Shown here: positions 20,862-30,055 of the stretch, piece by piece
Layout of the letters: each line of letters opens with the position of its first letter
How positions within the stretch are numbered: the stretch's first letter is position 1
Origin: Patescibacteria group bacterium
GTDB taxonomy: Bacteria > Patescibacteriota > Patescibacteriia > JBAZBY01
Assembly: GCA_041671225.1 (NCBI GenBank)
Contig: JBAZBY010000001.1
Location: 238,940 to 302,939, forward strand
Length of the DNA: 64,000 nucleotides
Direction: 5' to 3'
The notes under the pieces: model-generated
Databases searched by the model: none
Seen by the model: the letters and a program-made list of their open reading frames with translations, nothing else
What the model was told of the DNA's origin: nothing
Translations under genes and position numbers: made by a program

Positions 20862-22697
20862 ATGTGCGGCATCATCGGATACACCGGGCCACAAAAAGCA
20901 ATGCCCATCCTCTTGGACGGCTTACATCGCATGGAATATCGGGGATATGACTCAGCGGGTATTGCGATCACAGAACCGGAAAGCGTCTTTCTAAAAAAGA
21001 AAGCCGGCAAACTTGCCGTTCTCAAAGAATCGCTCGCAGGAATCGATCACGCGGGAACCACGGGCATCGGCCATATTCGTTGGGCAACGCATGGCGAACC
21101 GAATGATGCCAACGCGCACCCGCAAACTGACGCCGATCATGAAATTTTTGTTGTACATAACGGTATTATTGAAAACTCCAAAGAACTCCGCGCGCAGTTA
21201 CAGGAATCCGGGCACGTCTTCACTTCGCAGACGGATACAGAAATATTTGCGCATCTCATCAAAGATGCATTAGGCGACAAACCGCTCGAACAGGCCGTGA
21301 TAAAGGCTTTGCAACACGTACGCGGCGCGTATGGCATTGCTGTTATCAGGCGCAGCGAACCGGAAAAAATCGTCGCTGCACGTTTTGGCAGCCCTCTCCT
21401 GCTCGGGGTTGTCGGTGAAGGGGAATATATCGTTGCATCAGATGTCACGGCGATACTGCGTCATACGAGAAAAGTGGTGTACTTGGAAGACAACGACGTG
21501 GTCACTCTCACGCCGGAACGATACATCATCACGCGCCGAAGCGGGGAACAAGTTTCCCGCGACACAGAGCATATTGACTGGGATATTGACGCGGCAGAAA
21601 AAGGCAACCATCCGCACTTCATGAAGAAGGAGATCTTCGAACAGCCGGCAACCGTGCAAATCAGCATGCAGGGTCGCATGCTTCCGGACGAAGGCGCCGC
21701 GCGCTTGGGCGGACTCACGGAAGTGCGCGACAAGTTACGAGATATCAAGCGACTCTCCATCATCGCCTGCGGCACCGCATACCATGCGGGGCTCGTTGGT
21801 GAATACATGATAGAAGAATACGCGCGCATCCCGGTTGATGTGACGCACGCATCAGAATTCCGCTACCGCCAATTACTGCCGGATCAGGGTACCGCCTACC
21901 TCGCCATTAGCCAATCCGGAGAAACCGCTGATACCATTGCCGCGCTCAAAGAAACAGAACGCCAGGGCGGGCTCATGCTCGGGTTGGTCAATGTGGTGGG
22001 TTCAACGATTGCACGAGAAACACATGCCGGCGTATATAATCATATCGGACCAGAAATTGCCGTGGCTTCAACAAAAGCTTTCACCTCGCAATTGACAGTG
22101 CTGGCGTTGCTCTCGCTCCTCCTGGGGAGAGACCGCGAACTTTCCATTGCGCAAGGCCAGCGCATTGTGAAAGAACTTTCCTTGCTGCCGGAAAAGATCG
22201 AGACCATCCTCAAAAATGAGAGTAAAAAAATTCAGGACATCGCAACCGCCATCGCGGAGAGCAAGGGGATCCTCTATCTCGGCAGAAAATATAACTACCC
22301 CATTGCGCTTGAGGGCGCACTGAAAATGAAAGAGATCGCTTATATCCATGCGGAGGGCTACCCTGCGGGGGAAATGAAGCATGGCCCGCTTGCGCTGATC
22401 GATGAAACCTTTCCGACCGTTGCTATTATTCCGCAGGACAGCGTATATGAAAAAAACCTTTCCAACCTTGAAGAAATCCGCGCTCGCAAAGGACCAATCA
22501 TCGCAATTGCCACGGAAGGCGATCGTCGTATCACAGAGATCGCTCAGCACGTCATCTTCGTCCCAAAGACGCTGGAAATGCTCACTCCCATCTTAAGCGT
22601 CATACCGCTGCAATTGCTGGCGTACGACGTGGGTGTGGCGCGCGGACGAGACATTGACCAACCGCGCAACCTTGCAAAAAGCGTTACCGTAGAATAA
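20862..22697 (+). CDS. glmS: glutamine--fructose-6-phosphate aminotransferase
   Basis: MCGIIGY N-terminal Ntn nucleophile, followed by two SIS domains and the C-terminal VE motif. Confidence 0.9.
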   Translation: MCGIIGYTGPQKAMPILLDGLHRMEYRGYDSAGIAITEPESVFLKKKAGKLAVLKESLAGIDHAGTTGIGHIRWATHGEPNDANAHPQTDADHEIFVVHNGIIENSKELRAQLQESGHVFTSQTDTEIFAHLIKDALGDKPLEQAVIKALQHVRGAYGIAVIRRSEPEKIVAARFGSPLLLGVVGEGEYIVASDVTAILRHTRKVVYLEDNDVVTLTPERYIITRRSGEQVSRDTEHIDWDIDAAEKGNHPHFMKKEIFEQPATVQISMQGRMLPDEGAARLGGLTEVRDKLRDIKRLSIIACGTAYHAGLVGEYMIEEYARIPVDVTHASEFRYRQLLPDQGTAYLAISQSGETADTIAALKETERQGGLMLGLVNVVGSTIARETHAGVYNHIGPEIAVASTKAFTSQLTVLALLSLLLGRDRELSIAQGQRIVKELSLLPEKIETILKNESKKIQDIATAIAESKGILYLGRKYNYPIALEGALKMKEIAYIHAEGYPAGEMKHGPLALIDETFPTVAIIPQDSVYEKNLSNLEEIRARKGPIIAIATEGDRRITEIAQHVIFVPKTLEMLTPILSVIPLQLLAYDVGVARGRDIDQPRNLAKSVTVE

Positions 22698-22700
22698 TCC

Positions 22701-23924
22701 ATGCCACAACACGCACTCTGTTTATTTGAAGACGATCAGGTCCACGGCCTGGAGCCGTTGCATTTCTTTCATGCGTCCTGGGATCTGCTTTGCGGAACGG
22801 GAACACTCGCGGAGCTCCTGCCAAAAGCCTACGACGCGGACAGCATTCTCTTTTCAGCGAGAAAAGAGCTGACTCCGCTCTATGCAGAGACACCATATCA
22901 ACTCACCAATGAGCTCCCGGCAGGATCATATCTCTTCATCAATGGCAGGGTCATGGATCCGTGGAGTCTTGCCGACATGATCCCTCGTGATGGTGGCAAG
23001 ATGCTCTATTATTCCGGTAACACACTTGTTGCCGCCCGTCTTGAAGTAAAAGAAACGATCTCCGAAGATCTTTATATGTTCCTTACCAGCCAACGCGGCA
23101 ATATCCCCACGCAGGACGTTACCGTACCGCTCGCAGCACACCTCTGGGATTACATGAAAGAAAATGGCAATCGCGTGACGCGGGATGCTGCAAAGCAGCC
23201 AAGAAACAATAGCGGGATCGTGCATGCAACCGCGGTACAGGAAAACCCTTCACAGATCTTCATTGAAAAAGGGAGCATCATTGGCCCGCTTGTGGTGCTG
23301 GACGCAACAGAAGGCCCGATCATCATTGAATCCGGCGCCCGCATCGGCGCGCAGAGTGTGCTCTTGGGTCCTGTATACATCGGTCAGGATGTGATAGTAA
23401 ACCCACATTCGCTCATCCGGAAAACAAGCATAGGCCGCACATGCAAAGTCGGCGGAGAGATCGCAGAAACCATCATGATGCCATTTTCCAATAAGCAGCA
23501 TGACGGCCACCTTGGCGATGCCTATATCGGCTCATGGGTGAACCTTGGCGCAGGGACAACGAACAGCAACCTAAAAAACACCTATAGCACCGTTAACGTC
23601 GAAATCCACGGGAAAAAAATTGATACTGGGTTGCAATTCGCCGGCTGTTTTCTCGGAGATCATGTAAAGACCGGCATAGGAACATTGCTGCCCACGGGAA
23701 CGGTCATTGGTCCGCTCACCAGTATCTTTGGCGGAGGCAGCGTGCCAAAAACACTCCCCGCACTCCGCTGGTTTGATGTCCACACCGGAAAAAATACCCC
23801 CTATGATATGGAAAAGGCTCTTGTCACCATAGAACACACCATGGCGAGGAGAAGCCAGACACTCACAGATGGTATTCGCAGCTATATCAGGACATTTGGG
23901 ACATCTGAGGGTACAAAAAAATAA
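22701..23924 (+). CDS. left-handed beta-helix (hexapeptide-repeat) protein, GlmU-acetyltransferase-like but without an NTase motif
   Basis: The C-terminal half is hexapeptide-rich (IGPLVVLD..., IGAQSVLLGPVYIG..., VGGEIAETI..., VNLGAGTTNSN...). The N-terminal ~200 aa has no LAGGxGxR nucleotidyltransferase signature. Confidence 0.55.
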   Translation: MPQHALCLFEDDQVHGLEPLHFFHASWDLLCGTGTLAELLPKAYDADSILFSARKELTPLYAETPYQLTNELPAGSYLFINGRVMDPWSLADMIPRDGGKMLYYSGNTLVAARLEVKETISEDLYMFLTSQRGNIPTQDVTVPLAAHLWDYMKENGNRVTRDAAKQPRNNSGIVHATAVQENPSQIFIEKGSIIGPLVVLDATEGPIIIESGARIGAQSVLLGPVYIGQDVIVNPHSLIRKTSIGRTCKVGGEIAETIMMPFSNKQHDGHLGDAYIGSWVNLGAGTTNSNLKNTYSTVNVEIHGKKIDTGLQFAGCFLGDHVKTGIGTLLPTGTVIGPLTSIFGGGSVPKTLPALRWFDVHTGKNTPYDMEKALVTIEHTMARRSQTLTDGIRSYIRTFGTSEGTKK

Positions 23925-23979
23925 AGAGGAAGTGTCAGACATTTCTTGACAAATACCCTGCAGGGCGTAGGATAGCGGG

Positions 23980-24726
23980 GTGAATTACCAAACACTTATC
24001 CAACAATTCGGCCTTTCAGAAAAGACCGCACGAGTATACCTCGCGCTTCTTGAACGTGGACCATCTTCCATACGTCAGGTTGCGGAGGCATCAGGGATCA
24101 ATCGCCAGACAACACATGAACTCCTCCGACAGCTAACAGATAAAGGTCTGGTGACCTTTTATCAGGAACGCTCGCGAGAAGCATTTCTTGCTGAAGACCC
24201 CTCAACGCTCATGCATATTGCGAACGAAGAAGTAAAAAAACTCGAACAATCGCGCGATGATCTTGCGCAGGCGCTCCCTCAATTAAAAGCACTCCGTGAA
24301 CGTGCGCGTGGGCTTGCAACGGTACATTTTTACGCCAATCTCAAAGGCGTTCGCACCGTCCTTGAGGATGTGCTCGCAACCAGCGAACAAACAAAGAACC
24401 AACTCTACCGTGTCTACTCCTCGGCAATCATTGCACCATTCCTCTACGAAGCATATCCGAACTTCACAAAAGATCGCATTCATCGCAAGGTAAACGTCCG
24501 CGTAATGAGTCTTGGAGGTAAGGGGAAACCACGCGGGCTCGACGAACGCAAGCAGCTCACAGAAAACACCGCCTCGCCATCATATATTTTCATCTATGGC
24601 CCAAAAGTGGCCATGATTTCTCTTGATGAGCACCGACGCCCACGCACCGTTCTCATTGAAGACAGAGCAATCGCAGAATCGCTCGCGCTCATTTTTGATA
24701 CCGAGTGGAAAAATCTCAAAGAATAA
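23980..24726 (+). CDS. TrmB-family sugar-responsive transcriptional regulator
   Basis: N-terminal winged HTH LSEKTARVYLALLERGPSSIRQVAEASGINRQTTHELLRQLTDKGLV, a coiled-coil linker, and a C-terminal sugar-binding-like domain. GTG start. Confidence 0.65.
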   Translation: MNYQTLIQQFGLSEKTARVYLALLERGPSSIRQVAEASGINRQTTHELLRQLTDKGLVTFYQERSREAFLAEDPSTLMHIANEEVKKLEQSRDDLAQALPQLKALRERARGLATVHFYANLKGVRTVLEDVLATSEQTKNQLYRVYSSAIIAPFLYEAYPNFTKDRIHRKVNVRVMSLGGKGKPRGLDERKQLTENTASPSYIFIYGPKVAMISLDEHRRPRTVLIEDRAIAESLALIFDTEWKNLKE

Positions 24727-24773
24727 AGGTCACGCCTTAGGTGTCACCTCAAAAAAATACAACGGGTACGCGC

Positions 24774-26117
24774 CTATGCTCCGATGACGCGGTGTGCTTC
24801 TGCTATCAACATCTGCGCGCGCTTTTTTTCTGAAGCTTCAGCAATATAACGAATAATAGGTTCGGTGCCAGAAGGGCGTATGTGTATCCATTCGCCGTCT
24901 TTTGAAAAACGCACTCCGTCTTCAGTGTTTCTCGTGTACCCAGCAAAGGCAGTCGTAAGTGCATCAAGAAACGGCGCAATGGCAAAGCCTTCCGGCGCTG
25001 GTGTGCGCTCTTTGATCATCTCAAGCTGCGGAAGCTCCTGTGCCAATTGCGAAAGCGGTTTGCCAGTCTCTGTCATAAGGGCAAGGATCAATGCAACACC
25101 CAATGGTGCATCACGTCCCGCATGCACTTCCGGAAGAATCACTCCACCGTGTCCTTCTCCACCAATAGAAGCCTTTTCTGCTAACATGCGCCCAACCACA
25201 TTTGCTTCACCAACCGGCGTACGAAACAACGGCACCTTGTAGTCAGCTGCTACCGCCTCGATCATCGCCGAGGTAGAAAGGTTCGTCACAACCGCGCCAG
25301 GGCGATGCGCGAGCACAAAGCGAGCAGCAAGTGCGAGCGTCATTTCCTCACCAAGTGGTGTACCATTTTCATCAAGTAATGCGAGTCGATCCACATCAGG
25401 ATCAAACGCAAACCCCACATTATATGAACCACGCTGCATCTGTTCCTGCAGGGCTGTGAGATGTTCCGGTGTCGGTTCTGGATTATGTGGGAACGCACCC
25501 GTAGGCTCTTCATACAATATGTCAGCAGTACAACCGAGTTGTGCAAGCAATGTCTTGCCAATCGCACCCCCTGCGCCGTGTACCGCATCGAGGGCAACGC
25601 GAAATCCCTTCTGTTTGATAGCTTCTACGGGAAGGTAGGAAATCGCAAGAATATCTTGTATATGTACATCCAGCGCACCTTCTTGTTGTACTACCTCCCC
25701 ACCACCAGGACTGCTGTGCTCAGTCTCCTCTTTAGCCAAAGCATGAAAACGTTTTCCTTCTTCAGCGGAAAGAAAAAGACCTTGGGCATTAAGCAGCTTC
25801 AGCGCATTCCATTCGGCAGGGTTATGGCTTGCACTAATAATAATGCCACCGACCGCCTGAAGATGCTTAACCATAATCTCAACCGTTGGCGTAGGAACAA
25901 TCCCAATGTCATACACTTTTCTCCCTGCTGCAATAAGTTCTGCGCATACTGCCTCCTGTAACATGGGGCCGGACGTGCGTGAATCTCTACCAATAACAAT
26001 AGTGCCCTCGGGAAGAAACGCCGAAAAAGTACGTGCATACATTGCAGCAATTTCAGGCGTTAATGTCTCACCAACAATACCGCGGATACCGGCAACACTG
26101 ATCATGAGTCGTGACAT
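24774..26117 (-). CDS. phosphoglucosamine/phosphomannomutase family protein (archaeal-type PGM/PMM)
   Basis: Active-site ISASHNP, metal-binding FDPDVDR, and a sugar-binding GEGHGG-like loop. Start at MSRLMISVAGIRG. Confidence 0.8.
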   Translation of the reverse strand: MSRLMISVAGIRGIVGETLTPEIAAMYARTFSAFLPEGTIVIGRDSRTSGPMLQEAVCAELIAAGRKVYDIGIVPTPTVEIMVKHLQAVGGIIISASHNPAEWNALKLLNAQGLFLSAEEGKRFHALAKEETEHSSPGGGEVVQQEGALDVHIQDILAISYLPVEAIKQKGFRVALDAVHGAGGAIGKTLLAQLGCTADILYEEPTGAFPHNPEPTPEHLTALQEQMQRGSYNVGFAFDPDVDRLALLDENGTPLGEEMTLALAARFVLAHRPGAVVTNLSTSAMIEAVAADYKVPLFRTPVGEANVVGRMLAEKASIGGEGHGGVILPEVHAGRDAPLGVALILALMTETGKPLSQLAQELPQLEMIKERTPAPEGFAIAPFLDALTTAFAGYTRNTEDGVRFSKDGEWIHIRPSGTEPIIRYIAEASEKKRAQMLIAEAHRVIGA

Positions 26118-26210
26118 GCAAATATATTTACTATTCTTGCTCGTAGTATACAGGAGAATGACAAACGTAGTAACCTTCTCCAACAACGCGGTATCACCTA
26201 TACTGCCCAT

Positions 26211-27458
26211 ATGCGCATCATCACTGATCCACATATTCACTCACATTATTCCCGGGCGTGTTCAAGGGAGCTTACGCCAGAAAATTTGGCAACATGGGGA
26301 AAACGCAAGGGGATAGAGCTCATTGCAACAGGTGACTTTGTACATCCCGGTTGGCGCAAAGAGCTTGCGAGCACCCTGAAGGAAGAAGACGGCGGTTTTC
26401 TTGTTCATCACGCGCATCCAGAAATAAAATTCTTCCTCTCTGTGGAGCTCTCGGTTATATATAGTGAAGGCGGTGCAACGCGGAGGCTGCATATCGTGAT
26501 CGCTATGCCAGACATGGCGACCGCGGAACGCCTCGCAAAGGCGCTCGCAGACCGCGGCATGAACATTACAGCAGACGGGCGACCTATTCTCGGCATGACC
26601 GCGCATGACCTCGCGGCGCTTGCACTAGAAACTTCTGCAAAGGCAATGATTATCCCGGCACACATCTGGACACCGTGGTTCGCGCTCTACGGCTCTAAAT
26701 CCGGATACAACTCCATCACGGAATGCTTCCGCGATCTCACTCCGCACATCACTGCGGTGGAAACGGGCCTTTCTTCCGACCCGCCCATGAATTGGCGCAT
26801 CGCCGAATTGGACGGCATAAGAATCGTTTCTTCATCTGACGCGCACTCGTGCGAGAACCTCGGACGCGAGGCAACCGTGCTGGAGTTGGAACACATGGAC
26901 TATGCCTCGCTTTTTGCGGCGCTCAAAAAACCGAACGAAAAGAACCACATCATTGAGACGATCGAATTCTATCCGGAAGAAGGAAAGTACCATTACGACG
27001 GCCACAGGGACTGCGCCGTACGGCTCACGCCGAAAGAAACGCAGAAGCAGAAGGGGATCTGCAAAGTGTGCGGCAAGCCGCTAACGGTGGGGGTACTGGC
27101 GCGCGTGGAGGAACTTGCAGACCGTCCGGAAGGATACAAAGATGCAGACCGGCCGGAATACAAAACGCTCATTCCTCTGCAAGAGATCATTGCGAACAGC
27201 CTTGGCCTGAGAAAGCAGTCAAAGAAAGTGCAGGCGGAATATATGGCGCTCACTGATCAAAAAAATGAATTCGACCTGTTGGTATATGCGCCGGAAGATG
27301 AAGTGAAAGCGATCGCAAACCCGCTCATCGCAGAAGGCATCCGCAAGATGCGGGCGGGAGAAGTACATATCGCCCCCGGCTATGACGGCGTGTTCGGCAC
27401 CATTGAACTATTCACCGAAGAAGAGCGCAAGGGGGCTGTGCAGCCACGCCTCTTGTGA
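26211..27458 (+). CDS. endonuclease Q-like PHP-domain nuclease
   Basis: Motifs DPHIHSHYSRA, GTGDF, PAHIWTPW, VETGLSSD, SSSDAHS, and a Zn-ribbon CKVCGK, matching the EndoQ (PHP + zinc finger) architecture. Confidence 0.65.
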   Translation: MRIITDPHIHSHYSRACSRELTPENLATWGKRKGIELIATGDFVHPGWRKELASTLKEEDGGFLVHHAHPEIKFFLSVELSVIYSEGGATRRLHIVIAMPDMATAERLAKALADRGMNITADGRPILGMTAHDLAALALETSAKAMIIPAHIWTPWFALYGSKSGYNSITECFRDLTPHITAVETGLSSDPPMNWRIAELDGIRIVSSSDAHSCENLGREATVLELEHMDYASLFAALKKPNEKNHIIETIEFYPEEGKYHYDGHRDCAVRLTPKETQKQKGICKVCGKPLTVGVLARVEELADRPEGYKDADRPEYKTLIPLQEIIANSLGLRKQSKKVQAEYMALTDQKNEFDLLVYAPEDEVKAIANPLIAEGIRKMRAGEVHIAPGYDGVFGTIELFTEEERKGAVQPRLL

Positions 27459-27481
27459 GTTCTCAGTGCTTCTGCTATACA

Positions 27482-27571
27482 CACAAAACGCGGAGAGGTG
27501 CCTGAGTGGTTGAAAGGGCCGCTCTCGAAAAGCGGTAGGCCTTCACGGGCCTCGTGAGTTCGAATCTCACC
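27482..27571 (+). tRNA. tRNA-Ser (anticodon CGA), type II, CCA encoded
   Basis: Acceptor GGAGAGG/CCTCTCC; anticodon stem CCGCT/AGCGG; loop CTCGAAA; long variable arm GGCC-TTCAC-GGGCC; T-loop TTCGAAT; GCCA 3' end. Confidence 0.85.
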
Positions 27572-27600
27572 CTCTCCGCCAATTCATTTTTGATCACCGT

Positions 27601-28257
27601 ATGATGAAGGCCGTCATTTACGACATGGATGATCTGATGGTTAACTCGAATCCGTTACACGCAAAGGCGTGGGAGTTGCTGTTAAAACGATATGGCCATA
27701 GTTTCAAAGAATTGCCAGAAAGCATGCGATCGCGATTTATCGGAATGCGTATCACGGACATCCTGAATGAAATTGCCCAATATTTTCACCTTGATGAAGA
27801 TATAAATACCCTCTATAAGGCGCGCGCGGAGGTATTCCTCGAAATGGTAAAAAGGGAGCTGGACGCTATGCCCGGACTCATTGAATCCCTTACCCTTTTG
27901 AAGAAGCGATCATACCCGCTCGCGCTCGCTTCATCTGGAACCAGGGAATATATTCAGATCGTACTTACCCGCTTTCATATTGAAGACTACTTTGACGTCA
28001 TTATATCCGGAGATGATGTCGTAAGGGGTAAGCCAGATCCGGAAACATACCGTATTGCCGCACAAAAACTCAAGATCGATCCATCACATTGTATTGTATT
28101 GGAAGATGCGACAAATGGGATCACCTCCGCAAAAGCAGCGGGCTGCAAGTGTATCGCCGTTCGAAACCCATATACCCCGCAACAGGATCTCTCACGTGCA
28201 GATGCAATCATTGACTCGTTACGAGTACTATCACCTACCACACTGGAGTCAATATAA
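27601..28257 (+). CDS. HAD-superfamily hydrolase (beta-phosphoglucomutase-like subfamily IA)
   Basis: Motif I VIYDMDDLMV (DxD), motif II SSGT, motif IV GDDVVRGKPDP...EDATNG. Confidence 0.75.
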   Translation: MMKAVIYDMDDLMVNSNPLHAKAWELLLKRYGHSFKELPESMRSRFIGMRITDILNEIAQYFHLDEDINTLYKARAEVFLEMVKRELDAMPGLIESLTLLKKRSYPLALASSGTREYIQIVLTRFHIEDYFDVIISGDDVVRGKPDPETYRIAAQKLKIDPSHCIVLEDATNGITSAKAAGCKCIAVRNPYTPQQDLSRADAIIDSLRVLSPTTLESI

Positions 28258-28337
28258 GTTTATTGCGCAATCCACCGCGCCCCGCATCCATACTTCCCAC
28301 CCTCTCCGCCAATAAAATATCAGATAAATAAACGCCT

Positions 28338-28643
28338 ATGCTCGACATCAGCAAACTTCAAAAAGAAATCTTTGAAAACAAAGTGGCAAAAGGTTTTAAT
28401 GTTACCGACGTTGGCTATGAATTCAGCTTAACCTATGGCGAGCTTGCGGAGGCCTTTGATGCATACCGCAAGAAGAAGCCGGACCTTGGCGAAGAGCTTG
28501 CAGATGTAGCGATTTACCTTCTCGGGCTTGCGGCAATGCTCAAGATCAATTTGGAAGATGAAATCGTGAAGAAGGTGGAGAAAAACAAAAAACGCGAATA
28601 CAAAACGATCAACGGCGTCCGCATGCGAACGAAGGGGGCATAA
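28338..28643 (+). CDS. MazG-like nucleotide pyrophosphohydrolase domain protein
   Basis: All-alpha EExxE...ELADVAIYLLGLA pattern of small MazG/NTP-PPase proteins. Confidence 0.55.
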   Translation: MLDISKLQKEIFENKVAKGFNVTDVGYEFSLTYGELAEAFDAYRKKKPDLGEELADVAIYLLGLAAMLKINLEDEIVKKVEKNKKREYKTINGVRMRTKGA

Positions 28644-28650
28644 GCGCCAT

Positions 28651-29208
28651 ATGGTGTGCATCGTTGATTGCGGGTCAGAATATATCGGGAAGCTCACAGA
28701 GCTCGTTTGCGGATTTGGCTATACATGCACAACCATTCCTGACACTGACATCGCCAATGCGGATATGTCGGGTTTTTCACATGTCATCATCTCTGGCGCT
28801 CCAACGATGCTCACGGAGATGGACACAAAAGAATATGTCAGCCGATTCTCCTTTATCAAAACTGCCCACATCCCGATCCTCGGCATCTGCAACGGCCATC
28901 AGGTGATGGGATTGCTCTTTGGCGCCACCATCTCGCGCGGGGATATGATCCACCGCATGGAGCCAATTTCCATTATTCAGAATGACCTGCTGTTTGCCGG
29001 CATCTCCGACAGGACGGCGTTCCAAGAAGAACACCGGGAATTCATCACATTGCCAGAGGGATTCACACTCCTTGCCAGCTCACCATCATGCAGCAACGAG
29101 GCTATGCGACATACCTCCAAACCCCTCTATGGCGTTCAATTCCATCCAGAGGCATCAGGACAACCAGGTAATACGGTGATCCGGAATTTCCTTACCACAA
29201 CTGAATAG
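28651..29208 (+). CDS. class I glutamine amidotransferase (stand-alone GATase1 domain)
   Basis: Catalytic triad context ILGICNGHQV (Cys-His) and GVQFHPE. No synthetase domain is attached. Confidence 0.7.
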   Translation: MVCIVDCGSEYIGKLTELVCGFGYTCTTIPDTDIANADMSGFSHVIISGAPTMLTEMDTKEYVSRFSFIKTAHIPILGICNGHQVMGLLFGATISRGDMIHRMEPISIIQNDLLFAGISDRTAFQEEHREFITLPEGFTLLASSPSCSNEAMRHTSKPLYGVQFHPEASGQPGNTVIRNFLTTTE

Positions 29209-29216
29209 TCTCAGTA

Positions 29217-29654
29217 ATGATTCACCATACTCCGCCGCCAAACTTCTCTCCCCGCTTCCATGTGGTGAGCTGTTTTGTGGAACATGAAGGAAAAATCCTC
29301 CTGCTGCTCCGTCAGCACGGAAAAAGCGCAGGAAATATTTGGGGCGCTCCGGGAGGAAAAATCGACGCGGGGGAAAAACCGAAACAAAGCATGCATCGCG
29401 AACTCAAGGAGGAAACCGGCATCATGATACCGCCGCAGGATTTTCAACACCGATACACCGTGTACGTCCGTTATCCTGACTACGATTTTGTTTACCATAT
29501 CTTTCAGGCTCGCATTCCGCAAAAACCGGCCATTGCTATCCGTACCGAGGAACACCAAGAATACCAGTGGCTCACGCCACAAGATGCGCTCACGCTCTCC
29601 TTGGTGCCCGATGAAGATGCGTGCATACGTCTTATCTATCAATCAGAACATTAG
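29217..29654 (+). CDS. NUDIX hydrolase
   Basis: Nudix box GGKIDAGEKPKQSMHRELKEETGI. Confidence 0.75.
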   Translation: MIHHTPPPNFSPRFHVVSCFVEHEGKILLLLRQHGKSAGNIWGAPGGKIDAGEKPKQSMHRELKEETGIMIPPQDFQHRYTVYVRYPDYDFVYHIFQARIPQKPAIAIRTEEHQEYQWLTPQDALTLSLVPDEDACIRLIYQSEH

Positions 29655-29701
29655 AAGGTTACACGCGTAATAAATGGACGAAACGTCCATTTTTTGTTAT
29701 A

Positions 29702-30055
29702 ATGAACAATACTATGGAGGAAAACCAACCGCTCACGAGTGATAGTATCCAAGCAAAGGTCCTTGAGGGTGAAATAAACGAAGCGCAAGAACGGTTCATC
29801 ACGGCAGTAGAAGAATCACAGAATATAAAGGAAGTCACGACAACATACGAGCAGATCCTTTTTGCGCTTGCAAAGCAATTGCGAGCAGATCTAGAAGAAA
29901 TTGACCGTGAGCAAAGCGTCGATCTCAATGAAGACACCCTGAGTATTTTGGCTGCTGAAAAGCAAGAACGCATTGATGCATATAATAAAACTGTGGTTGC
30001 GCTTGCACAAACAGCTGATGACACCCTCCTTGCGCGCGGTCTAATAGAAAAATAG
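29702..30055 (+). CDS. hypothetical acidic coiled-coil protein
   Basis: ORF 29621..30055 with start moved to MNNTMEEN. No family recognised. Confidence 0.3.
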   Translation: MNNTMEENQPLTSDSIQAKVLEGEINEAQERFITAVEESQNIKEVTTTYEQILFALAKQLRADLEEIDREQSVDLNEDTLSILAAEKQERIDAYNKTVVALAQTADDTLLARGLIEK

